In this document: positions 1-9,889 of the stretch, piece by piece | How the letters are laid out: each line of letters begins with the position of its first letter | Position numbering within the stretch: position 1 is the stretch's first letter | From: a virus | Strand: one strand, 5' to 3' | Virus record (IMG/VR): IMGVR_UViG_3300009104_001476 | Length of the DNA stretch: 64,000 nt | Program-made: the position numbers and the translations under genes | Notes under the pieces: model-generated | What the model saw: only the letters and a program-made list of their open reading frames with translations | Databases searched by the model: none | Told to the model about the DNA's origin: nothing

Positions 1-2082
1 CCCACGAAGAGTGTAACGCCTACGCCTTCGAGTAGCGATGACACAAATACGCCTACGCCAACGAAGACTGTAACGCCTACGCCTTCGAGTAGCGATGAGA
101 CAGATACGCCTACGCCTACTGCGAGTGGCACGCCTACGGCTACTCCCTCGGCTAGCACTGTATTATACTATAAACTGTACCAATGCAAGTGTGACGAAAC
201 TAACGATACCCATCCGAGTATGCTTGGGGTTATTCCTGCGGCCGGACTTGATAGTGTTCCTAATAATCGCATTATTAAAGTTTTACAAAACGGTAATCCA
301 TCGGCAGATACCTTATGCGCGAAGCTCGTGAAGGATCCAACCACAAATCCCAATCAACTCTACGGTCGAGTAGGCGCGGATTGGTATACAGGCTGCGAAA
401 CTGCGGGTTCATCTTGTTGTGCCTCGAACATATCACAGACACCTACCCCGACAGTTACTGTTACGCCCTCAACCAGCGTTCCAATGGTTTTCTGGAGATT
501 TAAAAAATGCACGGGAAATACTGCGGGCCCGGTGGTGTATTGTTCGGTACCAGCGAGTCTATCAGGTAGGCAGGCTTTGTTGAGTATAAAGGCCAAAAAT
601 GATACTGGAGATCCTATTGAAAATTGTCAAGATTGGTGCAATAAGAAATCAAGTGGCCGGCTTGAGCCAACCAATGGGTGCTTCCTATACATCAAAATTG
701 GTACCGATGTTTATAGACTAGCAAGGGGAAGCTCTAGTACAACAAACGGAAACGGGTACTTAAGTCCAACGAGCAGATTACGAGTTGTGAATCAGCCGGA
801 TCAGGATGACACATACGTAACTTTATCTGGTGTGCACACGGCTTACCACATGAAAAAACAAGGCTCTTGGGATGACGACGCCTGCTTCGGAGCAGAGAAT
901 GATAGTGCTTGTGAAATCGCCAAGAACGAACCCGCTAATTGCCCTAACCCGGTCATAAAATTTACTAGCCATCAAGATAATCTACAAGCTTGGAACTTTA
1001 ATTGTGAAGACACAACCAATAAAGTTTCTGAAGCCGTGATGGCCGCGTCCGCAAACTCTATTTCAATAAAATCTCGAATAGAAATAAAAGACTCAGACAA
1101 CAACGGCCTTGAAGAAGGCACGTCGCTTAACCTTAAGATCAAAACAGAGTTCTCAAATGACAATGTGAATACCCAAATGATAGAGAACGAAGACAACGGC
1201 ATGACTTATTGGATGCAGTCAGGAGGAGACGCTCTTCAGCACATTGCCACGGAACCAGAAATTAAACTTCATTACGTGAACAACGAGTGGCAAGCAGTAG
1301 ACGGCCAAAGCCAAATTGATATTGTGAGAACCTACTCAAACGGCATCACTACGTTTGAGATGGAGTTAAAGCTGAATGACTGGAGAGGGTTGCTAACTCA
1401 TATGAAAGATATGACCTCGAGGCCACACCCCATAAACTCTACGGAAACATTTACGCAAACAATAGAAGATAACGGCTCTTCTGAAACGCCGACTATAACA
1501 AACGAAGGGCCGGAATTAGCCTTAACATGGCCTGTACCTAGCGTGTTTATAGCTATAAAGGGCGGCCAGAACGCATCCAATCCTTTGGAAGCGTTTGGAA
1601 CTTGGATCGCAACTGAAGATAGAACAATCTGTACCAAAAGTACTGATTATGATCCGGGAGGGGCTGGTGGCAACACCACCGCCTCGTGCGGAGACTGGGG
1701 GCAACATACTAAAGTTACAGAGCTGATAAATGTTGGAGGAGAAGGAGATCCGGGTCTTTCGTTTACTTGGGAAACTTTGGCTACTTGCACACCAGTAGGA
1801 GACAATGAAAATCAGTGCAATTACGATGGAGCAGTGCCTACTGCGTGGACGACGGCTCTAACTCCTGTACCACCCGCAGCGGACTTAACTTTCTGCACAC
1901 AAGTGGATAGTTCTTTAACTATAAACCCAGACGGGTCAGCAGCTGGACAAGACCTAAGAGAAGGCCTTCATAAGCGTGTAATAACATATGCGGGCGTAGA
2001 GGGAGACACTGGAAATACTCAGTTTACAGCATATATGCATGTACCAAATAGCGCGGTGCAGTTTGAGGATCCCAACGGATAA
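1..2082 (+). CDS. Pro/Thr-repeat, Cys-rich protein, probably virion-associated (5' partial; frame is open from base 1, longer than the 220..2082 track ORF)
   Basis: Frame 1 reads PTKSVTPTPSSSDDTNTPTPTKTVTPTP... without a stop into the ORF at 220; many Cys; second TPTPTVTVTP tract near 440-475. Confidence 0.6.
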   Translation, partial: PTKSVTPTPSSSDDTNTPTPTKTVTPTPSSSDETDTPTPTASGTPTATPSASTVLYYKLYQCKCDETNDTHPSMLGVIPAAGLDSVPNNRIIKVLQNGNPSADTLCAKLVKDPTTNPNQLYGRVGADWYTGCETAGSSCCASNISQTPTPTVTVTPSTSVPMVFWRFKKCTGNTAGPVVYCSVPASLSGRQALLSIKAKNDTGDPIENCQDWCNKKSSGRLEPTNGCFLYIKIGTDVYRLARGSSSTTNGNGYLSPTSRLRVVNQPDQDDTYVTLSGVHTAYHMKKQGSWDDDACFGAENDSACEIAKNEPANCPNPVIKFTSHQDNLQAWNFNCEDTTNKVSEAVMAASANSISIKSRIEIKDSDNNGLEEGTSLNLKIKTEFSNDNVNTQMIENEDNGMTYWMQSGGDALQHIATEPEIKLHYVNNEWQAVDGQSQIDIVRTYSNGITTFEMELKLNDWRGLLTHMKDMTSRPHPINSTETFTQTIEDNGSSETPTITNEGPELALTWPVPSVFIAIKGGQNASNPLEAFGTWIATEDRTICTKSTDYDPGGAGGNTTASCGDWGQHTKVTELINVGGEGDPGLSFTWETLATCTPVGDNENQCNYDGAVPTAWTTALTPVPPAADLTFCTQVDSSLTINPDGSAAGQDLREGLHKRVITYAGVEGDTGNTQFTAYMHVPNSAVQFEDPNG
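4..117 (+). repeat. Two 57-bp in-frame coding tandem repeats (19 aa: TKSVTPTPSSSDDTNTPTP / TKTVTPTPSSSDETDTPTP)
   Basis: Units 4-60 and 61-117 are near-identical, followed by degenerate ACGCCT units. Confidence 0.9.
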
Positions 2083-2096
2083 TATAGGATTAAAAA

Positions 2097-5000
2097 ATGT
2101 CAGTACAATTTTCAGGAACTACAGTAGAAAAGGTGGGAGCAGCGGTAGCTCTTCGTTTTATTATAGCTGTAGCGGGAGGTTATGCATATAAGGAATCAAA
2201 AACCCCAAAATTAGGTGGCAACACGACCGCCCTTGACAATTACAACCAAAAATATCCAAAAGATAAAATAATAACCTCCAGTTTTACAAAGTTTTATAAG
2301 TCTTTAGATATTAAATTAAGCGGTGCAGAATATGAAGGTAAAAATGTACACATGGCACCAACAGAGAGGACAGACAATACTACTAAATTAGTAATAGGTA
2401 ATAAAAGTAAATTAGATCAATTAGGAGAATGGTTGGTTAATGATCACAAAAAGGACATAGAGATCACTCAAGACCAAGGCGGGCAAAAGACGGTTTTCAA
2501 AACGACAGGCGTGAGTGATGGAGATGTAAAATTTTATATAGGTTTAGAGGTATGTTCTTATTCTCCCCAGCTAGGAGCGAATGGAAACATTAAGAATGGC
2601 AAGAACCACAAAAGTATGACTTCTCCTGCTACCGGTTTCGGCACTTATTCTGTTAAATCGTATTCGAGAAAAGCAAAAGTTCAAATTTGCATGGACTTTT
2701 GGAAATGTAAAAGTTCAGATGCGGGCCTAAAGAAGATGGGATTCACTGGAAGTGATGGGGTATATATATCGGACGATTATTTTAAATTAACCACGGCCCT
2801 TGAAAAGAAGATTGGGACTGACGTATTCATGTATACGCATACTGAAGATGACGGCTCGGGAACTTTGAAACCCAAGGCGGTTGGTTTTTGTAAAGCGATG
2901 ATTTCGGAATTTTGTGCAGTGCTGAAGGACGCGGCTGATATAGGAGATGACGAGGACCCAAGCGAATTCAAACAGTTGGTCGAAGGGACTAATGTTGGTC
3001 AGATTGGCGGCGCAGACCTTAAATGCCCCACCAAGGAGGATAAAGCAGAGACAAGCAAGTGTGTAATTTCAGCGAAATACAAGCAGCCCATTTACGATAA
3101 GCTTGTAGAGCACATGACTGCCTCAGGGTTTACTACGATACTTCCGGGTTCTTTTAAGCCGTGCAGCGTTGTGAGAAATACTAATGCCGGAGGCAACAAT
3201 TACCAATATGAGTTTTTCGGTTACGAGATAACCGGAGAGTATGCAAAGATCTCTACTATAGCTTCAGAGTCTGTAAAGATATGGGAGATTGGAGGAGATG
3301 CTCCCGGTGGCAAAATTCGCCTGCTCCCAATTGTGCCGAAGTCTCTTAAGAAAGACCCAAAAACGGGGGCGTATTCTTACGACACAGTTAAGAACTTGGC
3401 GTTTGCCACGACCGTTAAAGATTTAGAGAGATTAAATAAAGACTTTGCGGAGGAGGAGTATAAATTTACTGCAGAAATTTACGCGAACCTTATTAGGGAA
3501 ACAACTTATCAAATGGCTGAAGTGTGGCATCAAACCGCGCAGCTAACCTTAAATGATCCTCGTGAAGAGAAAGACCATATTAATGCTAAAATTATAAAGG
3601 ATAAAATTTACGATAATGGAGGGCAGGAGCATGACGCCTTTTTACAGGGGACTAAATTAGATATGAAAGGGTTTTTATTTAACTCTTTTTCTACCTTTAT
3701 AGGTAACGCAGGTATAAAATTCGGCACCAACAAAGTTAAATTCCAATCAGATATTGTAGCAAGAGAGCTTACCGAGGATGCAGAAGGTAACACGGAGTCT
3801 GGTGAGCCTTTCACTTGGACTGCTACTTCATCCATTACTATCGAAGACTTAATGAGCTTCATAAAATCTGACGATGGAGAAGACAAGGTGCTACTCGACC
3901 CTGAAACAGGGAAACCGATAATCGACCCCGAAACAGGGAAAGAAAAGCGGGGTCGCGTTATGAGTAAAAGCGCCTTCAAAGATAAGCTCCAGATAAATCT
4001 ACCGACCGTTAAGGATGGCGCATATGATATCGATGATATATCATTTTCTTATGATTTTACATGGTGGAATAACTGGAAATTTACATTAGATGTAGATAAA
4101 GACGTTAAGAGCTGGGAGGATGTTGGTTTAAAAGGTGTGTGGGATATAGAAGACGGTAAAGAGCTTACTATTTCTAAGACCGCTGGCGGAAATAAATATG
4201 GTCTAGATATGAGTTGGAGGATAGATGCTACGAACCCAGAAACCTATAATCAAAAAGGTCTTCAAAATATTATTAGTATTCTAGACAAGGCGGTGGTTAA
4301 AAGCGGCATATGTTTTGACGCAGACACTGGAGAAGTAGAGTTCACTGCTGGGATGTCGAAGAAGCTAGCTGAAGGAATAAACGCCTCTATATCACTAACT
4401 GACGCAAATATTACCGCTGACTTTGACAAAAAGTATAAATACGGTCGGTACGGCCAGTTAGATATTGGGTTTACCGGTGGGTTTGGTAAGTCCTTTGATC
4501 TGTTTAATAAAGGGGCGAAAGAGAAGGAGACAGATGGGGGTGACAACCTCGGTGGGGAAAACGTATACGATACGGGTTACTACGATGCTAACCTAAATTT
4601 AGACTTCAATGTTAATTTATTTAGAGTCGCCAATAATTTAGGACGTATAGTTTTTGATGTTAGTGCTGCGACAAGCTTAACTCAAGCTTCTGGAGTAGTT
4701 CGAGGTATTTCTTTAACAAGCGTTATTCAGTGGAAACTCACTTACCAGAATAATATTTGCTCCACCCTTTTAGGTCTGCCAGCGAACGTTCACCCACATA
4801 TAGGAGGGACTATAGGCTTTACGATGCAAGATGTGGAAAGCTCATATTGGGGCACCAAGTATAGCGGGTATAAAATGACCATAGGTACAGGATTGTTTGG
4901 GATAAGCATTGTTGAGCACTCAAGGAAAGACGTTATTGAAGATATAATAGAAAGAAAAAGATACGGGAAACTTCAATTTTTCGGAGCAGGACTTCTCGAA

Positions 5001-8000
5001 GTTTTTGATTTTTTTGGGTGGGTTACAGACGAAGAAACGGATGAAGATTACATAGCGAGAGCATGGCCTTGCTTGGTTTACAACGTGATAAATTGGCAAA
5101 GGGAAGATTATGACAAACAGTTACAAGACGACGTTAAGACCCTTAAGCAGAGAGTAGATTTAAGTGGTTGCGAAATATTAAAGAGTACTCCGGGAGTAGG
5201 TAAAAGTTTCCAAGATTTTTATCAGGAACAATACGGAGCGTGTTATCCTTGCTTGGGCGAAGTAGCAGATGCATTCTACAACGGGGGTAGTCATTACCAA
5301 TTACAGCGCTATGGTTTAGAGCCCGGCTCATACAAGCAGAGCGTCCTCATGGGTCCGAACTCCACGGGTGCTGCGGCAGGGGAACCTAGTGATAGATGGT
5401 ATCATTGGACGAAAATCGATATCCTTTCGGGCGCCATAGGAGGCAAGGCTTATTTTGATACGAGGCCCGGTCTTGTAGATACGGGCGAAAGAAGGCCCGA
5501 GGTAAAGATTCCGCTTTCAGCTAAGACGGGAGATTGGATAAATCAAAATGGAGTTATTCTGAGTGGGAAGTTAGTTCGTCAAGTTCGTGGGTTCAACTCT
5601 TTTTGGGGCTGTCCCATTATAGCTGGAGAAACCAAGTGCCAGAATCCTTTGGACGGATTTCCCAACATGCCAGCAGACGGTTCTATGTGGGGTTCTTCTT
5701 ACGCAGGAGGAAACACCGGCTTCCTCAACAGCGCATGCTTTGCGTTTATGTATATGATGAGAGAGATTATAGAGTTTAGAGCTCCCTTAGGCTATTGCGA
5801 TAAAAAGAACACTAGTGACTGCGAACCTTGTGAAAGTTTAATAGAGAAATGGAAGCTTAATGAAATACGTACAGGGCAAACTAATGCTATTAAGTTGGGA
5901 ATCCAAGGGTCATTAATTCAGAAAAAGGAGCTTTTAGCAGACGAGCTAGATGGATTAACTAAAGAGAGGAGCATTTCTAATACTCTCTTTGAGGCATTCT
6001 CTACAAAATTATTTAAAAACGACGATGTTCGGGGTAAGGGTGCTGCAAACGTCAGAGGTTTCACGTTTGACACGATGAAATACTTAGAGGGCGGAGATGA
6101 TCACTACCCTAGAAACTCTTTATATCAGGAAACCATTGATAGAGAGACCGGAAAGGTTAAAATGGTAGGTTGGATGCCAAAGGGGCCGAATGGCGAGCCT
6201 TGGTTGGATTCAATTCATGAAGTTACAAATTTTGATGGAAGTACTAGAAGAATGAAAATGCTTTCTGCGCACGCGGTAGAAATGGCAATCAAGCAGCGCA
6301 AAAACCCTACGAGGGAAGACGAAGAAGAAAACAGCGAAGAAAGTGCGCTGATCAATTTGCATACAGATCCGGTTTGGGGACTGGTTAAATGTTACTTTAC
6401 CTACATGGCTCCGCTGGGGCCTGCCGAAAGAACAAAAGTAGTGGAAGATGGTGTATACCCAGAAGGCCACCCTGAAGCCGGAAGCAAAAAATACAAGGTA
6501 GAAGAGGACCCTCTCTTCCTTTTACCTTACAATCCGAACACTCCGGAGGCGATCGCAAAAAGAAAAGAGATAAGAGCGAGAAACGCAAGCCTGTCGTCGG
6601 GATTGGAAGCGTTTGAGCAGCAAGATGATGGTGATTATATTCTCTACAACAATGATAACATTCCCAATGGGCCGGATGGGAAACCTCTCTTTGCAGATCC
6701 CGGGCAGTGGCCCACAATAAGAGATAAGTTCGGTAATTTATCTGTAGAAGTATATAAAGATTATCGAGCAGGGTGGGTATATAGAAGGCGTAATCCAGAC
6801 GGAACCGTTGGCGAGATTGAATGGGTCGTCCCCTGTGTACAAGCATATAAGCATACGCATAAAATAGGCAAGGTGGGGAAACTTGGGAAGGTGTTTGACG
6901 CCGTAATAAAGCTTGCGTCAAGCGGTAGAAATCATGCCGTTACTGACGTTTGCGGCTTCCATAAAAACGACAGGGCGGGCTGGAGAAGAGTGGTGGGATG
7001 GTTTGGAGGAATTTGGAATTTTATTAAGAATCTTTTTGTAGGTAGTAGTCAACAATTTTATCGTAATTTGCCTTGGGTATACTTGGATAACAAGAATTAC
7101 GTAGCCAATATAAACGAGGGAGAGGTCCCGCGGATCATCCCCCTCAATTTAAACAGAGGCAAGTTCAGGTATTTCCCCAAAGGGGCGGAAGAGGACGAAT
7201 CAGAGCTTCCGTCGCCACAAACCATGATGCTAGAGGGTGTTCAGCACGGTCTTTATCGAGATTCAGACCGCATAAGTTATCAAGAATGCCCGTGGAAAGG
7301 AAACCCGGCTTCTAGTTATTTAGATTTTTATGAGTTTATGGAGTACGTGCAGAGAGACGCGTTGCAATACTTTTTCCCAGAGATACTTGGGATGGTAACG
7401 TCGGAAGATATTAATAGATTTTGTATTACGAAAGAAAACTCAATTAAGATATTCGGTTACTTCCCTAACAGCATCATTTTAATTGGATGTAAAAAGTGTG
7501 ACACGTGTACGACCAGAGCACCCGTGGACGGAGCCTCAGTGCCTTGGCCAGAAGCGGTAGGATTAAGATCGATGCTTGGTCCTCATGATAACCCAAGCAC
7601 GGATTTAACAGTAACCTTAGATAAGAGTTTAGGATACATAGCAAAAAGAACTTGGCCAGCTTGGCAAAATCTTCAGTTTAGCGAAACCTCGACATTCGTC
7701 TTTGAGGAATCATCCACGGAAGAGCAGAAGCTAGAGGAGCGACAAACAAAAACTTTCGATTCTCTAAGAGACAAATATGATTTCATCATGAAAAGGCTGA
7801 ATTATTTAAATGCCTTCTCTGATTCTTCAGCAAAAGTTTTTGGAGATTCGTCTGTAACTATGCCTTTCCCAGAGAAGAAAGAGTTTTGGTATCCAAATTA
7901 TACGGCTGAGAATAGAGTAAAGTTCGTTTATGAGAAGGGTGAATCTATTTCTAGCATTGGCGAACAAGCCTCTTTAGTAGGTATTCTGACAGACTATTCA

Positions 8001-9851
8001 TCAACAAAGTTATCAGAATATAATCCCAACTTGAAATCTATCCAATTTGATTTTGAGCTTATTGCTTCTGATCCTAAATACGTAGAGCAAAGAGGAGCAA
8101 CATACAAACATAAATTTACTGATTATCGTATAGCTCCTGATAGTTCTTCGATCGGCTCCGTAGCGGGTCAAGGCTGTGTAGGAAAAGGTTCCAGTAACGT
8201 AGTTAATAACAATACAGGAGGAAGGTATTGCACCACTTCTGCTATAGCTAAAGACGTTAACGATTTGGTAGCCTTAACCAAGCCTATTGCGACAGACTTT
8301 ATTGAAACTGCGGGTGGCTTAATGCATGACGAGGGTGCCTTAGGACTGGGATACTTAGATCCGAATGGACACGGAGACGGCTTGTCGGCCGGATCAAAGA
8401 TAGTAAGACAGCCTACCGAAAACGATTGGTCTAATTTTGTAGCAGTACAACAACAGATCGGGCAAACCGCCGTGCTGAATTACCCAATGGACGAAGCGCT
8501 AAGATTTATGGGCGCACCGTATTATTGTTTCCCAGACTTTACTGCAGAATACATGACCAGTAGCCTTAGTCTTTTTGAGAAATTTATTCCTCTTTACGGA
8601 CACGTAAGCTGGCTCTTTGATAAAGATAACCTAGATAATTTAACTAAACAAGAAAAGCAGAATAAGGCTTGGTTTTATAATTACGTTAGAAACGATATAG
8701 ACGCGTCAGCGCTCTTATTCCGCATAAAGATGACTCCTTGGAGGAACATGGCTTTAGATGTTTTAATAAGTTATTGGCAAGGCAAAATACACGAAACAGA
8801 TTTGGTTTGGCACCTTAATAAGAGACTTTTCCCGTTGATATATACCATGAACAAAACTTCTCCCATATTTATACCTAAAGCACAGGAAACAGCTTTCCTA
8901 GGCAGTAAGTATCTGGGTCTTCGTTTCTTTCTTTCAGAAATACCAAATGTCGTAAAGGGCGGGTATCGTACAAGTGCTCATGATACTCATTGCCCTCGTC
9001 AAGGGATTTCGTGGAGTTATTTCCAAGGATCTCGGTGGTCTGGCAATAGGTGGAAAAATCAGGGCTTACGAAAAGAGAACTTTGCTAGGCAAGAAGGGCG
9101 AGTAGTCATAGAGGACGATTTAATATATATGCATAGGAATAATGTTTTAGCGTTATTGTTTGGGGTTGGGAATGTTGAGCAATTCATCAAGGAAGGCAGA
9201 AGGGCGAACAGAATTGAAGATCACATATATAACTGGTGTTCGGCTAGTTATGCTCTATTTAGAATGCAAGTAAATGCTGATGAGTCTATTTATGCAGGCT
9301 ACAATGCAAATAATCCAAATTCTACAGTTAATGTTAAGCCAGAGGAACATCAGCACCCTATCGAAGTTGGACTTATTAACGCTATGACAAGATCTTTTCA
9401 TGATGGCTCCACCGACCCACTTGGCGGCGCTTTGTCTAGTTGTTTTCAAAGGCCTTTTGGAAGGGATAGATATAACGTTTTTCATCCACGTAATCCGGGC
9501 AGTGTGTTTACCAGCAGTGGCTTTGCTACGTATAAAAGCAAATACGGCAACGACCTTCATTTTCATAATATATTTTATTCAGGAGAAAAAATAAGAAGGA
9601 CGACGCCCGCAAATTGGAGGATCCAAGATAATGATAAAAAGATCGAGACAATTTATGGTTTTCCCAATAACAGAAGCGAAGATTGGGTGGAATATCAGTT
9701 CAGGGGCAACGGAGCGATGACTACATATATAGGAGATCCTCAAAGGATTGCTGTCCCCACGGACGCTTCTCATTCCGGAATTACGACCTTGCCTCCGAAA
9801 ACCGCGGAGGAGATCGGAAAAATTAGTCGGAAAACGGGTCAAAAAAAATAA
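2097..9851 (+). CDS. Giant 2584-aa hypothetical protein, possibly virion structural or ejection protein
   Basis: Uninterrupted ORF; no recognisable enzyme motif; beta-rich segment; DPETGK repeats. Confidence 0.75.
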   Translation: MSVQFSGTTVEKVGAAVALRFIIAVAGGYAYKESKTPKLGGNTTALDNYNQKYPKDKIITSSFTKFYKSLDIKLSGAEYEGKNVHMAPTERTDNTTKLVIGNKSKLDQLGEWLVNDHKKDIEITQDQGGQKTVFKTTGVSDGDVKFYIGLEVCSYSPQLGANGNIKNGKNHKSMTSPATGFGTYSVKSYSRKAKVQICMDFWKCKSSDAGLKKMGFTGSDGVYISDDYFKLTTALEKKIGTDVFMYTHTEDDGSGTLKPKAVGFCKAMISEFCAVLKDAADIGDDEDPSEFKQLVEGTNVGQIGGADLKCPTKEDKAETSKCVISAKYKQPIYDKLVEHMTASGFTTILPGSFKPCSVVRNTNAGGNNYQYEFFGYEITGEYAKISTIASESVKIWEIGGDAPGGKIRLLPIVPKSLKKDPKTGAYSYDTVKNLAFATTVKDLERLNKDFAEEEYKFTAEIYANLIRETTYQMAEVWHQTAQLTLNDPREEKDHINAKIIKDKIYDNGGQEHDAFLQGTKLDMKGFLFNSFSTFIGNAGIKFGTNKVKFQSDIVARELTEDAEGNTESGEPFTWTATSSITIEDLMSFIKSDDGEDKVLLDPETGKPIIDPETGKEKRGRVMSKSAFKDKLQINLPTVKDGAYDIDDISFSYDFTWWNNWKFTLDVDKDVKSWEDVGLKGVWDIEDGKELTISKTAGGNKYGLDMSWRIDATNPETYNQKGLQNIISILDKAVVKSGICFDADTGEVEFTAGMSKKLAEGINASISLTDANITADFDKKYKYGRYGQLDIGFTGGFGKSFDLFNKGAKEKETDGGDNLGGENVYDTGYYDANLNLDFNVNLFRVANNLGRIVFDVSAATSLTQASGVVRGISLTSVIQWKLTYQNNICSTLLGLPANVHPHIGGTIGFTMQDVESSYWGTKYSGYKMTIGTGLFGISIVEHSRKDVIEDIIERKRYGKLQFFGAGLLEVFDFFGWVTDEETDEDYIARAWPCLVYNVINWQREDYDKQLQDDVKTLKQRVDLSGCEILKSTPGVGKSFQDFYQEQYGACYPCLGEVADAFYNGGSHYQLQRYGLEPGSYKQSVLMGPNSTGAAAGEPSDRWYHWTKIDILSGAIGGKAYFDTRPGLVDTGERRPEVKIPLSAKTGDWINQNGVILSGKLVRQVRGFNSFWGCPIIAGETKCQNPLDGFPNMPADGSMWGSSYAGGNTGFLNSACFAFMYMMREIIEFRAPLGYCDKKNTSDCEPCESLIEKWKLNEIRTGQTNAIKLGIQGSLIQKKELLADELDGLTKERSISNTLFEAFSTKLFKNDDVRGKGAANVRGFTFDTMKYLEGGDDHYPRNSLYQETIDRETGKVKMVGWMPKGPNGEPWLDSIHEVTNFDGSTRRMKMLSAHAVEMAIKQRKNPTREDEEENSEESALINLHTDPVWGLVKCYFTYMAPLGPAERTKVVEDGVYPEGHPEAGSKKYKVEEDPLFLLPYNPNTPEAIAKRKEIRARNASLSSGLEAFEQQDDGDYILYNNDNIPNGPDGKPLFADPGQWPTIRDKFGNLSVEVYKDYRAGWVYRRRNPDGTVGEIEWVVPCVQAYKHTHKIGKVGKLGKVFDAVIKLASSGRNHAVTDVCGFHKNDRAGWRRVVGWFGGIWNFIKNLFVGSSQQFYRNLPWVYLDNKNYVANINEGEVPRIIPLNLNRGKFRYFPKGAEEDESELPSPQTMMLEGVQHGLYRDSDRISYQECPWKGNPASSYLDFYEFMEYVQRDALQYFFPEILGMVTSEDINRFCITKENSIKIFGYFPNSIILIGCKKCDTCTTRAPVDGASVPWPEAVGLRSMLGPHDNPSTDLTVTLDKSLGYIAKRTWPAWQNLQFSETSTFVFEESSTEEQKLEERQTKTFDSLRDKYDFIMKRLNYLNAFSDSSAKVFGDSSVTMPFPEKKEFWYPNYTAENRVKFVYEKGESISSIGEQASLVGILTDYSSTKLSEYNPNLKSIQFDFELIASDPKYVEQRGATYKHKFTDYRIAPDSSSIGSVAGQGCVGKGSSNVVNNNTGGRYCTTSAIAKDVNDLVALTKPIATDFIETAGGLMHDEGALGLGYLDPNGHGDGLSAGSKIVRQPTENDWSNFVAVQQQIGQTAVLNYPMDEALRFMGAPYYCFPDFTAEYMTSSLSLFEKFIPLYGHVSWLFDKDNLDNLTKQEKQNKAWFYNYVRNDIDASALLFRIKMTPWRNMALDVLISYWQGKIHETDLVWHLNKRLFPLIYTMNKTSPIFIPKAQETAFLGSKYLGLRFFLSEIPNVVKGGYRTSAHDTHCPRQGISWSYFQGSRWSGNRWKNQGLRKENFARQEGRVVIEDDLIYMHRNNVLALLFGVGNVEQFIKEGRRANRIEDHIYNWCSASYALFRMQVNADESIYAGYNANNPNSTVNVKPEEHQHPIEVGLINAMTRSFHDGSTDPLGGALSSCFQRPFGRDRYNVFHPRNPGSVFTSSGFATYKSKYGNDLHFHNIFYSGEKIRRTTPANWRIQDNDKKIETIYGFPNNRSEDWVEYQFRGNGAMTTYIGDPQRIAVPTDASHSGITTLPPKTAEEIGKISRKTGQKK

Positions 9852-9855
9852 GCCA

Positions 9856-9884
9856 TTGCTTTCTTCGTTTAATGTTGCTACATT
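9856..9884 (+). promoter_or_regulatory. sigma70-type promoter TTGCTT-17-TACATT with extended TG
   Basis: -35 at 9856-9861, TG at 9876-77, -10 at 9879-9884; ATG at 9890. Confidence 0.6.
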
Positions 9885-9889
9885 CAGGC

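Noticed and set aside
4-150. CRISPR array or non-coding repeat
   Set aside because: Units are 57 bp (a multiple of 3), adjacent with no unique spacers, and encode Pro/Thr repeats in an open frame
95-331. Track ORF MRQIRLRLLRVARL
   Set aside because: Alternative frame of the TPTP repeat inside the real gene
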